DNA of 25,938 nucleotides from a virus (Duplodnaviria > Caudoviricetes). The first letter of the stretch is position 1. The number at the start of each line of letters is the position of its first letter. The stretch spans positions 1 to 25,938 of IMG/VR virus record IMGVR_UViG_3300012664_000136; one strand, given 5' to 3'. Made by a program: the position numbers and the translations under genes. The notes under the pieces were generated by a model that was given only the letters and a program-made list of their open reading frames with translations, had not been told where the DNA came from and ran no database searches. Positions 1 through 8,426 of this stretch are shown piece by piece.

Positions 1-116
1 GTTTTTCCCTTGTAAGGAGTTGGACATGGATAGCTAGATGCAGAATCTGCTTTGTCTTTAGATAGTCCACCTTCCCACTTCTTAGTAAAGGCAACATACT
101 TTTCTATTAGTGTCAT
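1..116 (-). CDS. Endolysin, glycoside hydrolase family 108-like (N-terminal part only, truncated by window edge)
   Basis: Not in the ORF track. ATG at 116 overlaps the holin stop (ATGA). It reads MTLIEKYVAFTKKWEGGLSKDKADSASS...; an N-terminal EGG motif is typical of GH108 lysozymes, and it follows a holin. Confidence 0.7.
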   Translation of the reverse strand, partial: MTLIEKYVAFTKKWEGGLSKDKADSASSYPCPTPYKGK

Positions 117-547
117 TTTAAATCTTCTAAGGTTTCTTTACTTCTTTTTGCAAATGACTTGAACTTGTCCCATACGTTAACTCCAGTAACTGAATGATAA
201 CTTTCGTTAATACTCTTTACTTCCGTGTAAACGCAGAAGAACGTAAATGCTTTTGTGAGCAACAAATCAATAGCAATGAAATGTGCAAGAATATCAGCTA
301 CAACGTATTTTTCTAGTAGGAACACAAAAACGATAGCTCCACTATACAAAAGTGTCTTAGAAATCGTGTGAGATAGTCTACGGGAGCGAATTGATTTCCA
401 TCCTCCTTTTTTAACTGAACGCCAAATTCCGAAACACGTATCTAAAATGATTGCTAGAACTGCGATTATTACAAGCGGCTTTACAGGAGTTAAGATTGTA
501 AACAACGAAAAGACGAGAATTGATAATTTAGATTTCATATCCCGCAA
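113..547 (-). CDS. Holin (phage holin 4-like); real start probably 538 (MKSKLS)
   Basis: Several hydrophobic segments, a D-xx-FG-IW motif and the EVKSINE motif; lies directly upstream of the endolysin. Confidence 0.8.
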   Translation of the reverse strand: MRDMKSKLSILVFSLFTILTPVKPLVIIAVLAIILDTCFGIWRSVKKGGWKSIRSRRLSHTISKTLLYSGAIVFVFLLEKYVVADILAHFIAIDLLLTKAFTFFCVYTEVKSINESYHSVTGVNVWDKFKSFAKRSKETLEDLK

Positions 548-800
548 ATGTATGTTTAGGATTCAAAGGAGTAACCAAGTTTAAACCGAAGTCATATTCC
601 AAGTCGCTCATTACATCGTAGTGGTATCCTTCAGCGTTCGTGTTTTCATCCAATGCAATAACACCGATTTCAACTACTGCGTGAACTCCTTCTCCGTATG
701 CCTCGTCAACTAGAATACCTTTCGTGTTTAGGTCTTCCAATGCGGTCTTTTTGTCTGTAAATGTCAGCTTATATATCATAGCGTTGTAAGTTGTGTACAT
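528..800 (-). CDS. Hypothetical protein downstream of tail-fibre-like gene (possible fibre chaperone); start probably at MIYKL
   Basis: 90-aa ORF ending in a P-x-NPKH-x-FAG motif; call rests on position. Confidence 0.55.
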   Translation of the reverse strand: MYTTYNAMIYKLTFTDKKTALEDLNTKGILVDEAYGEGVHAVVEIGVIALDENTNAEGYHYDVMSDLEYDFGLNLVTPLNPKHTFAGYEI

Positions 801-1906
801 TGAGTGTCCGTTAATGGTGTTGGGAATAGTGCCATTTGGTTGATGGTCTTTGGAATATCATTTCCATTTGCGTATATAAATTGCATTGTAGTTGGTGTGT
901 AAGCTGTACTTGAAACAACCTTTGTACCATTTACAAAAACATCTGCAGTAGTCCCATTCCATTTAATTGCTATTTTCACCGTATCAGTTAAAGTCGTGTA
1001 AAGATTGGTTTCTACTGTTGCTACAATTTTAGCAATGATAAGCCTTGAAGAAACACCTGCTGTAGCACTTCTAATAGTAAAAGCATTAGGTAAAGCTACT
1101 GTACTATCACCTAACAATAAAGAGTAAGAACCTGCATCTCTAACTCTAGCAAGATTATTTCTAATTTCTAAAAACCAAGTACCTCCACTTGCGGAAATAA
1201 GTCCGTTCGTATATACATTTCCAAGCGATATTTGGTCAGCATTCCTTGTCACACTAGCTGAAGTAGTAGGGATGTAAGACGTTGCGTATGCTCCCGCTTC
1301 GAGTTGTGCGCCCCAAAGGTAAATATTCCTAGCAGTAGCTCCTCCAAATGTATTGATATTTAAAGATGAATTAACCGAAGTTTTTGTAGACTCTATTCTT
1401 TGCCAATTTCCATTTAATGTAAATAAGGTATCAATACCTCCAACTCCTAATGTTATTGTTTCACCTACAACGCCTTTTACATATATTGAACCCGTTGAAA
1501 CTATTCCAATTCCTAAAGATGTAGTTTGAGAAATAAGTCTATTTGATGCTCCGAATTGTATGTAGTCAGCGTTTAAAACTCCACTAGGAGAAATAAGAGC
1601 GTTTGGCGTAACAACAATACCCGTTGTTTTAAACCAAGTAGCATTGTCAAACTCCTCACTTCGCAACGCTAGATTCGTCCTCTGTGGCTCTAGCAATAAG
1701 TTAGGACAGCTACCTAGTGAGTAGTCACGTCTTACCATTCCAGAAGCTGTTGTTTCAATCAGTCCGCTTGAATTTGTTCGTGTTGCTGTAGTTGCTCTAG
1801 TTACCGTGAAATCTCCGTTTCCATTCGACGGAATCACGGAATATAATTTACCCGACTTATTTGCGTTTGGTGTAACTACTAAACTCGCTTGTGTTAGTAA
1901 ACTCAT
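776..1906 (-). CDS. Tail fibre/receptor-binding-like virion protein with a C-terminal LamG/ConA-like region
   Basis: Thr/Ser/Gly-rich and beta-rich, with LLLEPQRTNL and GAQLEAGAYATSYIPT motifs seen in phage fibre/carbohydrate-binding proteins; C-terminal KIAIKW...VFVNG is LamG-like. Confidence 0.6.
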   Translation of the reverse strand: MSLLTQASLVVTPNANKSGKLYSVIPSNGNGDFTVTRATTATRTNSSGLIETTASGMVRRDYSLGSCPNLLLEPQRTNLALRSEEFDNATWFKTTGIVVTPNALISPSGVLNADYIQFGASNRLISQTTSLGIGIVSTGSIYVKGVVGETITLGVGGIDTLFTLNGNWQRIESTKTSVNSSLNINTFGGATARNIYLWGAQLEAGAYATSYIPTTSASVTRNADQISLGNVYTNGLISASGGTWFLEIRNNLARVRDAGSYSLLLGDSTVALPNAFTIRSATAGVSSRLIIAKIVATVETNLYTTLTDTVKIAIKWNGTTADVFVNGTKVVSSTAYTPTTMQFIYANGNDIPKTINQMALFPTPLTDTQCTQLTTL

Positions 1907-2154
1907 GCTATATTATTTAATGCTGTTAGTTGTGAAGATAAACAAGATTCTGCTTCGATAGTTCCTCCGTCTGTTGTTACACGAGATGAGAAGTTAGACA
2001 CAATAGGAACAATGATGCTTCCGATAATATCAGTTAATCCTGCCCATGATTTGAAATGAGAGTCACCCCATCCGATGTTGTTATTGACAGCTCCTTGACC
2101 CCAACCTATAGAGTTGTTTGATGCTCCGTCACCCCATCCGTTACTATTTGCCAT
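1903..2154 (-). CDS. Hypothetical virion protein with three GWG repeats
   Basis: SNGWG, NSIGWG and NNIGWG in the first 31 aa; ATGA-coupled to the downstream gene. Confidence 0.6.
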   Translation of the reverse strand: MANSNGWGDGASNNSIGWGQGAVNNNIGWGDSHFKSWAGLTDIIGSIIVPIVSNFSSRVTTDGGTIEAESCLSSQLTALNNIA

Positions 2155-2248
2155 TTTGTTGTGTGTTTAGTTTAGCTAGAAAAACACGAAGTTTCTCTAC
2201 ATTAGTTTCTTTTGGTTTGTAATTACCTAGTTTAATCCGTTTTCTCAT
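2144..2248 (-). CDS. Small basic hypothetical protein (34 aa)
   Basis: Not in the ORF track. MRKRIKLGNYKPKETNVEKLRVFLAKLNTQQNGK; ATGA overlap with the 2245 stop; fills the intergenic gap. Confidence 0.5.
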   Translation of the reverse strand: MRKRIKLGNYKPKETNVEKLRVFLAKLNTQQNGK

Positions 2249-2745
2249 ATATACCAAGATACGTAGTTATTCATTGAATCAGGGAACACGTCGCTGTTTT
2301 TATTAGAACGATACTCAGGGAACAATTGTTGGTTAAAACTCATGTAATCAATAAACCTTTGTGTGTAGTTCTGAGCAATGTTACGTTCCTTTTCAAGTAA
2401 ATAGTCTACTTCGTTTTTGTCTACGTTTTCTGAGTTCTCAGATGAATGTTTGTAAACTCCTTTGTTTGCAATTGTATAAGCTGCGAAAGGTAAGTATTCC
2501 ACCATTCCCCAGTGAATCAACATCGGCTTCACGTATGTAACAACCAACGTTTGATAGTCACCTGTAAGCGTTCCTGCGATGATGTCAGCTTGTAACTTTT
2601 GGAATAACTTTGTTCCTAAGTAATTCTGAATATGAATGTCCTGTGCGATTTTAACGAACTGAATAAACTTATCTGTGTCTACGTTTCCGTTTAGTGCAGT
2701 AAATTTAACGATGTCTTCGCGTGTTATGAATAGAGCTTCTGCCAT
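2245..2745 (-). CDS. Putative head-tail adaptor/connector
   Basis: 166-aa helical protein right after the portal, with an N-terminal LFITREDIVKF and an AQDIHIQNYLG motif. Confidence 0.5.
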   Translation of the reverse strand: MAEALFITREDIVKFTALNGNVDTDKFIQFVKIAQDIHIQNYLGTKLFQKLQADIIAGTLTGDYQTLVVTYVKPMLIHWGMVEYLPFAAYTIANKGVYKHSSENSENVDKNEVDYLLEKERNIAQNYTQRFIDYMSFNQQLFPEYRSNKNSDVFPDSMNNYVSWYI

Positions 2746-4529
2746 TAGTTGAATCTTTTGTTAGTTGGTAAAAAGCCTTGATTCGGCATATCTACAGGAC
2801 GCATGGCAACTTGTTGTGGATTTCTCACTCGGTAACCTGCTTTCTCTGCTTTGTTTGTACTGATTGTTTTTGCATTCGGACTTAATGGGTCTATTCCACG
2901 TCCTTGTTCAAATGCTACAAATGTTTGACGCATCCATTTATGATGACATGAACCTCCACCTTTGTAAAGGAAGATGTCATAAGTGTCAGCACCTCTAGCA
3001 CCCCAACCTGCATTAACTACCTGAGAACCCATTCTAACGATGTCTTCCTTGCGGTATACTTTATCAGCAGCTACCATCTTTTTGCAGAACTCACGTGAAT
3101 TTTCTTTTATACCTCCGTTGTATCGGTAACGAGTCATAAATTTAAATCCATCAACTGTTGCGTCTTGTTCTGATTTCGCTCTAGGATTAGCAGTACCAGT
3201 AGAAACAAAATTGTAAACTTTGGATAGTAATGATTGTTTTTTGTTGTTTGCGTTTTCAATCTCTAAGTCAATTGCATCTTCTTGGTCATAATCAACTTCA
3301 AATTCGTCAATCAAAATCCAATTTTCATCAACTACTTCTCCACATTCAATCAATGCGTCAGCAATTTGATTGTCTAATGCGTCTTGTTTTGATAGTTCAG
3401 TACCTGTTTCTTCTGCAACTTGTTCTTCAGTTTGCGTGTTTTCAAGGTCTGTGAACTCTAAAGGTTGTAATGTTTTGAAGAATAGTTTAAGAGCAATTCC
3501 GTTAAACGCTAGAATCGTGTCAAATGCGTCTAATAACTCTTCTTGCATTGGACGAATAACCATGTTATCAAACAAGACAGCAGAGTTTTTAAGCTCGTCT
3601 GCGTTACTTGAGAATCCATTTGAACTAGCAACACCAAATAAAAGAGGAGAAGTTACGTTATGACCTAGCATAATCTTACGTAAACACTCTTCAGATAAGT
3701 ACGTGTAATGCTCAGGTGCGTCGTTTAATGGAATATCGTCAACCGTTGTTTTTGATTCAATATTGTCGTTGAATGCTACGATTACTTTTTGTCCTCTTGA
3801 ACCTGTCAACTTATTCATGACTTTAGAAGTAATCATTGACTGCTGCTCTTCGGTAGGAACTCCGTTGTTGAAGTTTACTACCTTAGTACCTGAGAATCCG
3901 TTTTGTACTTCGTTGATTAAATAATCTGCTATTTCTTCCTCTAATAGTGCGTATGGAACTGAACCTTGATAGTCAGGGTAAGAATAGTATTTCATTCCAA
4001 CTGCGTAAGGCTTCGAAAACAAGATTTCTACTTTGTCTTTAGATGTTCCGAAAGCTGAGTAACGTACTGGAGCAAACTTCTTAATGTCTGTCCAATCATC
4101 AGAGTAGTAATATCCCGTAATTTCTCCGTCTTTATTACATTTCTCTGCACGTAATAAGTTAATAGGCATATGATAAGCCTTTAGGATTCTATCGTGTTTC
4201 TCGTTGTAGTGTACTTGGATAGCAAATTGACCTAGCATCTTTCTATCAAGAACCATTTTACGAACGCAATCTTTGTTGAACAAAGCCATCATTTGAGCAT
4301 ACTCATTAGGCTTTTTAGACGCATCTAATGCACTTAATCCTTTTCCGTATACTAAGCGACTAATATTGTTTATAATAGCGTTATTCGTTGTAGAATTCGT
4401 GTATCTATCAATCAGAAAAGAATAGTAATTATTGTCCTCGCCAAATTCAACCCAATTATCTTTTTTAGATTCTTGAATTGTAGGCGTTGTGTAAGCACTT
4501 AGGCTTAATATGTGTACGTTATCACTCAT
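2745..4529 (-). CDS. Portal protein with C-terminal Cys/His-containing extension
   Basis: Portal-like features: FGEDN, YYSYPDY, NGFS, LTGS, I-x-x-GHNVTSPLLFG and VIRPMQ. These are followed by an acidic linker and ~200 extra aa containing SREFCKKM and KGGGSCHHKW. Confidence 0.75.
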   Translation of the reverse strand: MSDNVHILSLSAYTTPTIQESKKDNWVEFGEDNNYYSFLIDRYTNSTTNNAIINNISRLVYGKGLSALDASKKPNEYAQMMALFNKDCVRKMVLDRKMLGQFAIQVHYNEKHDRILKAYHMPINLLRAEKCNKDGEITGYYYSDDWTDIKKFAPVRYSAFGTSKDKVEILFSKPYAVGMKYYSYPDYQGSVPYALLEEEIADYLINEVQNGFSGTKVVNFNNGVPTEEQQSMITSKVMNKLTGSRGQKVIVAFNDNIESKTTVDDIPLNDAPEHYTYLSEECLRKIMLGHNVTSPLLFGVASSNGFSSNADELKNSAVLFDNMVIRPMQEELLDAFDTILAFNGIALKLFFKTLQPLEFTDLENTQTEEQVAEETGTELSKQDALDNQIADALIECGEVVDENWILIDEFEVDYDQEDAIDLEIENANNKKQSLLSKVYNFVSTGTANPRAKSEQDATVDGFKFMTRYRYNGGIKENSREFCKKMVAADKVYRKEDIVRMGSQVVNAGWGARGADTYDIFLYKGGGSCHHKWMRQTFVAFEQGRGIDPLSPNAKTISTNKAEKAGYRVRNPQQVAMRPVDMPNQGFLPTNKRFN

Positions 4530-4854
4530 AAACTATGAAAGTGTTTGTTGTGGCATTAGAAGTATATTGTCCGTCGTTTACGGAGAATGTTGCAATGGAT
4601 TGATTTGTGCAGAAAACTTTGTCCTTGTGACAGATAGTAGTTCCGTTAGATAGTAAAAGTGTGTAGGTGTGATTATCTACTAAAGCAAAAGTAGCAGTTA
4701 TCGTGTTTACATAGCCACCTTGAGTCGAACTTGTGATTGCAACTGTTGTAGTCACGTTTGTTTGTTCATCAGTAATTGCCATTGTCGTGTAATTCTCAAA
4801 GCGAGGAATAAACGAAAAAGTCTGAGCTGATGTAGAAGGCGTTAATACTATCAT
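4522..4854 (-). CDS. Hypothetical structural protein
   Basis: 110-aa Thr-rich ORF preceded by the late-promoter-like motif. Confidence 0.6.
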   Translation of the reverse strand: MIVLTPSTSAQTFSFIPRFENYTTMAITDEQTNVTTTVAITSSTQGGYVNTITATFALVDNHTYTLLLSNGTTICHKDKVFCTNQSIATFSVNDGQYTSNATTNTFIVYE

Positions 4855-4861
4855 AATTTTA

Positions 4862-4887
4862 AAACGATGATATTACAATATTGTTGT
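4862..4887 (-). promoter_or_regulatory. Putative ECF-sigma promoter (ACAACA-N13-ATCGTT)
   Basis: AAC and CGT are 16 nt apart; CGT ends 9 nt before the ATG at 4854; the motif recurs five times in the window. Confidence 0.65.
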
Positions 4888-4892
4888 AAATG

Positions 4893-4920
4893 AAAAAGGG
4901 GTAACCTAAGCCACCCCTTC
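4893..4920 (-). terminator. Intrinsic terminator after the putative tail tube gene
   Basis: AAGGGGTGGC-TTAG-GTTACCCCTT hairpin (with G-U pairs) running into a U-rich tract. Confidence 0.75.
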
Positions 4921-4940
4921 TAATCACTATGAAAAAAGAA

Positions 4941-5504
4941 CTATGAAGTAACAATAGTTGTAGTTGCTCCAAATACGTCACCGATTGAACCTACTAAGTC
5001 TGCTTCAGATGATGCGTCTAATAGATTGGCTAACAATTTTTCTGTGCCTACCATGGTCAAGGTGTAACCATTTAGGTCACCCATGGCAACACCATTTGAT
5101 ACGTTCGCAGTTGTTAACTCCATTCCATGCTCTAAACCTGCAAGGAAGAATTGGTTGTTACGTGTTTTCACTACTACAGGAGGACGTCCGTAAGAAAGCA
5201 ATTTAACTGTTTTGTGTGTAGCAGCATCTTGTTTTTTCAAGACTACTGATAACGTTTGCTCTACGAATGAAGTTCCGTTCTCACGAGAAGAAGTGATTAC
5301 TTGGTCGAAAGAGTTAGTTCCTTTCAATTCGTATTTGTACAATGAAGTTACGTTAGCAATTGCTTCGATTGTATCTGTACCTGTTGCATAGGTAATGTCA
5401 GCAGGGTAAGAGTAATCTCCGAAGTTGATGAAATAGATAGCGTCAATTCCACCTACTGCGTCTTTACATACTTCTAATCTGCCATTTGAGATATCACAAG
5501 CCAT
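4941..5504 (-). CDS. Putative major tail (tube) protein
   Basis: 187 aa, beta-rich, N-terminal MACDI...CKDAVGGI; follows the capsid gene and is flanked by terminators. Confidence 0.55.
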   Translation of the reverse strand: MACDISNGRLEVCKDAVGGIDAIYFINFGDYSYPADITYATGTDTIEAIANVTSLYKYELKGTNSFDQVITSSRENGTSFVEQTLSVVLKKQDAATHKTVKLLSYGRPPVVVKTRNNQFFLAGLEHGMELTTANVSNGVAMGDLNGYTLTMVGTEKLLANLLDASSEADLVGSIGDVFGATTTIVTS

Positions 5505-5528
5505 TTTTATATATTTTTTAAGTTAAAC

Positions 5529-5558
5529 AAAAAAGGGAAGGCATTTGACCTCCCCTTT
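5529..5558 (-). terminator. Intrinsic terminator after major capsid gene
   Basis: AAAGGGGAGGT-CAAAT-GCCTTCCCTTT hairpin followed by TTTG. Confidence 0.75.
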
Positions 5559-5577
5559 CAATTATTGTCTGTTAATA

Positions 5578-6549
5578 TTAGTTAGCAGAGTTTGTGATTC
5601 CGTAAGTAACTACGTCTGATGCAAATCCGTATTTAGCATCTGCCGTGAAACGCATTACCACTCGGACATTCTGCGATGCGTCAGTCTCGGACATATCCAA
5701 AACACGTACTTCATTCATATCATTTAAAAGTCCTGTCGCAAAATACAAATTAGATTTTTGAGCAAGTAGAGCCGTGTTAGCAGCCAATCCGTTTGCCATG
5801 AATACACGAACACCATCAAAGTAAACATCACCTAAAGTTTGGTTTGTTCCTTTGTTGTCGTAACCATTAGCACCTAAACCTGAAGCACCGAATCCACCCA
5901 AAGCACGTACATAAGCACGGTAGATGTTGTTAGATACATACAATGTTAAGTCTTCTTTTCCGTAGATAGCAGCAGGACAAGCGTCAACAACTTTACCTAA
6001 CTCCGTGATAACGTTAGCAGCAGTAACTGTAGTACCTGCAACTTCTTGAGCAGATGGCAAAGCAGCGTCTGTAGTCAATTGAGTCATGATACCTGCGAAC
6101 TGACCTGCAGTTGCGTTAGCTCCTGTCCAAATAGATGTTTCCATTGCAGCAGCAACTTTCTCAGCAGCGTGTGCCAATAAGAAATCTGTGAAGTTTTTCG
6201 GCATTACTTCGAATGCTGAGTAACCCATAGAAATTGCTTCCCAGTCAGAAACGAAATCTTTTTTACACAATTCTAAGTTAACTTGGAATTCCTCAGGTTG
6301 AAGGATTTTTTCAGTCAACGTGATTGTTGATGTAGCATCAAAGTCACAAGTAGCGTCTTTAACGATTCCGTCAGTAGCTACACGTTTGATAACTTGTTTG
6401 TATTTTACATTAGGAACGATAGTGATTCCACCTTTGTCCAATGTTGGTGCAGATAACAAAGCAGCAGCGATGTAACGACCCGCAAATTCTCCCGCATATG
6501 TAGTGCTGATGCTGGTTGTCGTCGCAAGATTTGTTTTTTGTAAACTCAT
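5578..6549 (-). CDS. Major capsid protein
   Basis: 323 aa, Ala/Thr/Gly-rich, directly after the scaffold, followed by a strong terminator; HK97-fold-like pattern (E-x-x-IW-x-G...GQF-x-G). Confidence 0.8.
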   Translation of the reverse strand: MSLQKTNLATTTSISTTYAGEFAGRYIAAALLSAPTLDKGGITIVPNVKYKQVIKRVATDGIVKDATCDFDATSTITLTEKILQPEEFQVNLELCKKDFVSDWEAISMGYSAFEVMPKNFTDFLLAHAAEKVAAAMETSIWTGANATAGQFAGIMTQLTTDAALPSAQEVAGTTVTAANVITELGKVVDACPAAIYGKEDLTLYVSNNIYRAYVRALGGFGASGLGANGYDNKGTNQTLGDVYFDGVRVFMANGLAANTALLAQKSNLYFATGLLNDMNEVRVLDMSETDASQNVRVVMRFTADAKYGFASDVVTYGITNSAN

Positions 6550-6573
6550 TTTGTTAGATTTAATTAGTTAATA

Positions 6574-7158
6574 TTATTTGTTAAATTTTTCTAAGATTGA
6601 ATCCAATGTATTACGCTCTCTGTTTTTAGCAAACTTGAAAGTTTCAACTTGATTCGTGTTTTCAGGATTAAAACTGATTGGTTTTGGCTCTTCTGAAAGT
6701 TCGGTTACCTCTTCTGTAACTTCTTCAACTTTAGAAAGACTTTCCAATTTCGCTTTCAATTCAGTATTTTCGTTTTTAAGTGCTTCGATTTCTGAGAAGA
6801 ATGTTTCTTTTACGATAGATTCAACTGTTTTCTTAGCTTGTGGAGCAACAGGTGCAGCTTCTGCTTCAACCTCAACTTCAACTTCTGCTTCAGGAGCAAC
6901 TTCTTCTTCAACTACTGCTTCTTTGATTTCAGCAATAATTCCTTCTACTGCTACTACTAGAATCATTCCGTTCTCTAGTTCGTACTCTCCAATCGGTAAT
7001 GGAATCTTTTGCTCGTCTTCAGTGATGATGAATACTTCATTATCCATTTCAAATGCGTCTGCTTCAAGAACTGTAATTCCATCTGCTAACTTCATCATTT
7101 CTAAATTTACTTCCATTCCAAGAAGTGCTTTGATTTTGTTAATTGTGGTGTTTTTCAT
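6574..7158 (-). CDS. Capsid scaffolding protein
   Basis: Very acidic (Glu/Val/Ala-rich), has an LP-x-GEYELENG motif and a coiled coil, and lies just upstream of the capsid gene. Confidence 0.7.
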   Translation of the reverse strand: MKNTTINKIKALLGMEVNLEMMKLADGITVLEADAFEMDNEVFIITEDEQKIPLPIGEYELENGMILVVAVEGIIAEIKEAVVEEEVAPEAEVEVEVEAEAAPVAPQAKKTVESIVKETFFSEIEALKNENTELKAKLESLSKVEEVTEEVTELSEEPKPISFNPENTNQVETFKFAKNRERNTLDSILEKFNK

Positions 7159-7176
7159 TTTATGTTTTTTCTTTTA

Positions 7177-7203
7177 AAACGATTATTATTATATTTCTGT
7201 TGT
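7177..7203 (-). promoter_or_regulatory. Putative ECF-sigma promoter (ACAACA-N14-ATCGTT) for scaffold/capsid
   Basis: AAC-N17-CGT in the intergenic gap upstream of the ATG at 7158. Confidence 0.65.
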
Positions 7204-7207
7204 ATTT

Positions 7208-7411
7208 TTATCCGTTTTGACGTACTGTTGTTCTTACTCCTGAATCAACTGTTATCGTAACGCTTTCAGTTCCTGTAGTCATGCCTATGCCTTGTGCTTG
7301 TAAACTACCGTCACAACATTTTCTTGAGTATTTTCCATCTTCGCAAAGACATCCTCTTTTGCTTCCTGCTCTTGGTGAAGAGTTGCTTGGTGTTTTAAAT
7401 TTATCTTTCAT
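7208..7411 (-). CDS. Small Cys-rich hypothetical protein
   Basis: GCLC...KCCDG motif; lies in the head module. Confidence 0.65.
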   Translation of the reverse strand: MKDKFKTPSNSSPRAGSKRGCLCEDGKYSRKCCDGSLQAQGIGMTTGTESVTITVDSGVRTTVRQNG

Positions 7412-7432
7412 TTGTTTTTTATGTATTTATTT

Positions 7433-7816
7433 TTAACCAAGTATTTTTTGAACTTGATTTAATTCTTTTACAATTTGCTCTCCTTCTAATTGTGAATACT
7501 TATAAAGATTGTCCATTGATTTTTTAAAATCAGCAGGTACAGGAACTCCTAAATCTTTTAATTGTTGTTCAATTTTAACTCCTTGTTGATAGAATTTTTG
7601 TGCTTCGAAAAATGCTTTATTTCCTATTTTTACTCCTTCATTAACATTACTTAACGCAGCCATCGCTTTTTGAAAAACAGAATCATATTGTTTTTTTACT
7701 GATTCACTTGCGGTTGTTATTTCATCTAATGTAGCTAACTCTACTTTATGAGTTGCTAATTTAGCTTCTACCTTTGCAGTAATATCTGCAATAATTAATT
7801 CTTTAGTTGTTTTCAT
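7433..7816 (-). CDS. Hypothetical helical protein (possible internal head protein)
   Basis: 127 aa, Lys/Glu/Gln-rich, located between protease and scaffold. Confidence 0.6.
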   Translation of the reverse strand: MKTTKELIIADITAKVEAKLATHKVELATLDEITTASESVKKQYDSVFQKAMAALSNVNEGVKIGNKAFFEAQKFYQQGVKIEQQLKDLGVPVPADFKKSMDNLYKYSQLEGEQIVKELNQVQKILG

Positions 7817-8393
7817 CTTGTATAATTATTTGTTTGATTTTTTCCAATAAGATATCATCCTCTGACATCTGCGACATTTCTAACTTATCAGCAAAGTAAC
7901 CCTCAATAGAAAATCCTTTTACTTTCCCTGCTTTTACGTCTTTCCATACATTGTCGTTGTTTACCTTCATTGAAATCATCCAAGTTCCTTTTGGTAAACT
8001 GAATCCGTATTTAGCTGACTTGTCTTGTTTCTCGTCCTCTATAATCCAACTTTCTACGACTGACATTCCTTTCAGTTTCTTATCATGTTCGTAGGTAGCG
8101 TTGTTTTGGTTTGAGTTCATTAAGAATAACTCCGATGCTTGACGTACTGTATCAGCAGAAAAATAAATGTAGTATTCCTCTTTCGTCTTTTCGTTAACTC
8201 GGTAGATTTGCTTATCAGGAACTAATGCAGCACCCATTAAGATACGTTTTTCCGTGTCTACTTCTTTTAACTCTACTTCGTGTTTTGATAAGTGAATGAA
8301 GTTTTCCTCTATTGCAGGAGAATGAACGACAGAAACTGCGTCAATTCCACTCAATGAGTCCTTTTCGTCAATAACTAATTCAACTATTTTCAT
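7803..8393 (-). CDS. Prohead protease, XkdF-like serine protease
   Basis: AVSVV-x-x-PA, EH, VVESW, LPKGTW and G-x-VKGFSIEG motifs. Confidence 0.8.
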   Translation of the reverse strand: MKIVELVIDEKDSLSGIDAVSVVHSPAIEENFIHLSKHEVELKEVDTEKRILMGAALVPDKQIYRVNEKTKEEYYIYFSADTVRQASELFLMNSNQNNATYEHDKKLKGMSVVESWIIEDEKQDKSAKYGFSLPKGTWMISMKVNNDNVWKDVKAGKVKGFSIEGYFADKLEMSQMSEDDILLEKIKQIIIQDENN

Positions 8394-8401
8394 AACTTTT
8401 T

Positions 8402-8426
8402 AACGATTTTATTGTACTAATGTTGC
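8402..8426 (-). promoter_or_regulatory. Putative ECF-sigma promoter (GCAACA-N13-ATCGTT) for protease
   Basis: AAC-N16-CGT; CGT ends 9 nt before the ATG at 8393; the -35 box lies in the last codons of the tape measure gene. Confidence 0.65.
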
